64,000 bases of DNA from Patescibacteria group bacterium. Lineage in GTDB: Bacteria; Patescibacteriota; Gracilibacteria; UBA1369; PNNO01. How positions within the stretch are numbered: position 1 is the stretch's first letter; every line of letters starts with the position of its first letter. Positions 63,226 to 64,000 of this stretch are shown one piece after another. Below the pieces are notes generated by a model. It ran no database searches. It was not told the DNA's origin and saw only the letters and a list, made by a program, of their open reading frames with translations. Where the stretch lies: the NCBI GenBank assembly GCA_042568205.1, contig JBHPJE010000004.1, forward strand, positions 1,280 through 65,279, read 5' to 3'. Position numbers and translations under genes: made by a program.

Positions 63226-63816
63226 ATGTTTAAAGGCAAATTTATTACATTTTACGGCATCAATAACATTGGCAAGTCCACTCATGCCAGAATCCTTGTT
63301 GATAAGCTTAAAAAGGAAGGTTTTGACCCTGTTTATATAAAATATCCTATATATGACCTTGAACCTACTGGTCCATATTTAAATAAGATACTTAGAGATG
63401 GCTCTCAAGCGGTTTCTGAAGAGGAATTACAGCTTTGGTTCACTATAAATAGGCATCAATTTGAAGCTGAACTCAAAAAAATGCTTATGAAAGGCAAAAC
63501 AGTGATTGCTGAGGACTATATTGGCACTGGTTTAGCCTGGGGAATGACTAAAGGATGCGACGAAGAGTGGCTTGAGCAGATAAACAGGTACTTAATAAGA
63601 TCGGATATGGCTATTTTAATTGATGGTGAACGCACGAAACAGGCTATAGAGAAGGGACATATCCACGAAACTAATGATAATTTGATGCGAAAAGCGCGTG
63701 AATCGCACATGCATATCGCAAAAAAGTATGCTTGGTACATAATAAAACTTCAGGAAAAGAAGGAAGATACCGCAAAATTAGTTTGGGAAGGTGTCAAAGA
63801 GTATTTTGAATACTAA
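63226..63816 (+). CDS. tmk: thymidylate kinase-like P-loop kinase
   Basis: FITFYGINNIGKSTHARILVDKLKKEGF resembles the dTMP kinase P-loop region. Adjacent to dut. Confidence 0.6.
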   Translation: MFKGKFITFYGINNIGKSTHARILVDKLKKEGFDPVYIKYPIYDLEPTGPYLNKILRDGSQAVSEEELQLWFTINRHQFEAELKKMLMKGKTVIAEDYIGTGLAWGMTKGCDEEWLEQINRYLIRSDMAILIDGERTKQAIEKGHIHETNDNLMRKARESHMHIAKKYAWYIIKLQEKKEDTAKLVWEGVKEYFEY

Positions 63817-64000
63817 TCTATGAAGCAAAATAAAGCGTTATAAGCCCCATTGTCCATAGTAGGGCTATTCCACACAAGGTAATAGAAATAGCTGAAACAA
63901 GCCAAGACTGGCTATTTAGAAAGTCTACAATTCTGTATCGAGTTTTTGATTTACATTGAATTTTCATTTGTATTTTTGTTTTCTTCTGCATATATAATAC

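Noticed and set aside
63818-63967. 49-aa minus-strand ORF (MKIQCKSKTRYRIVDFLNSQSWLVSAISITLCGIALLWTMGLITLYFAS) at the window end
   Set aside because: A single TM-like segment only, no recognisable start context, and it lies near the window edge. Insufficient support to annotate.
1-64000. Alternative genetic code (UGA or UAG reassignment), diversity-generating retroelement, retron or toxin-antitoxin pairs
   Set aside because: Housekeeping genes and multi-kb ORFs read through cleanly under the standard code. No reverse-transcriptase motif (YxDD context) and no template/variable repeat pair were seen. No small two-gene modules with recognisable toxin folds were seen.

Overview
AT-rich bacterial chromosomal segment read with the standard code (long ORFs are intact, with no sign of stop-codon reassignment). 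Recognisable housekeeping genes are rpmA, an M23 peptidase, yjbQ-like, nth, typA, tRNA-His, tRNA-Gln, secE-nusG-rplK-rplA, a DUF1385 gene, dut and tmk. They are interspersed with very large orphan and cell-surface genes: SLH-like, PKD, TSP3-like and LPXTG-like proteins, plus proteins built from VirB2/TrbC-like pilin hairpins. That mix is what I would expect from a small-genome, Gram-positive-like (possibly CPR/Patescibacteria-type) organism, but this is inference only. Four observations stand out. (1) A ~7 kb array of four gene cassettes sits directly downstream of tRNA-His. The cassettes are delimited by 37-nt direct repeats containing the tRNA 3' end and by a duplicated 94-nt tRNA-flank segment, and no recombinase is present in the window. 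(2) One cassette holds a sigma-like gene, a protein with five HTH-like repeats and a Cys-repeat protein, with a divergent TrmB-type regulator. (3) A 1962-aa protein carries a C-terminal Hanks-type kinase domain and is tightly coupled to two small acidic ORFs. (4) A 14 kb co-directional surface locus contains two proteins made of three tandem pilin-like hairpins and two pilin-hairpin/PKD fusion giants. A three-gene flavoprotein/Fe-S/CCG-domain fumarate-reductase-like operon without a membrane anchor is also notable. No CRISPR array, reverse transcriptase, integrase, transposase or phage structural gene could be supported.
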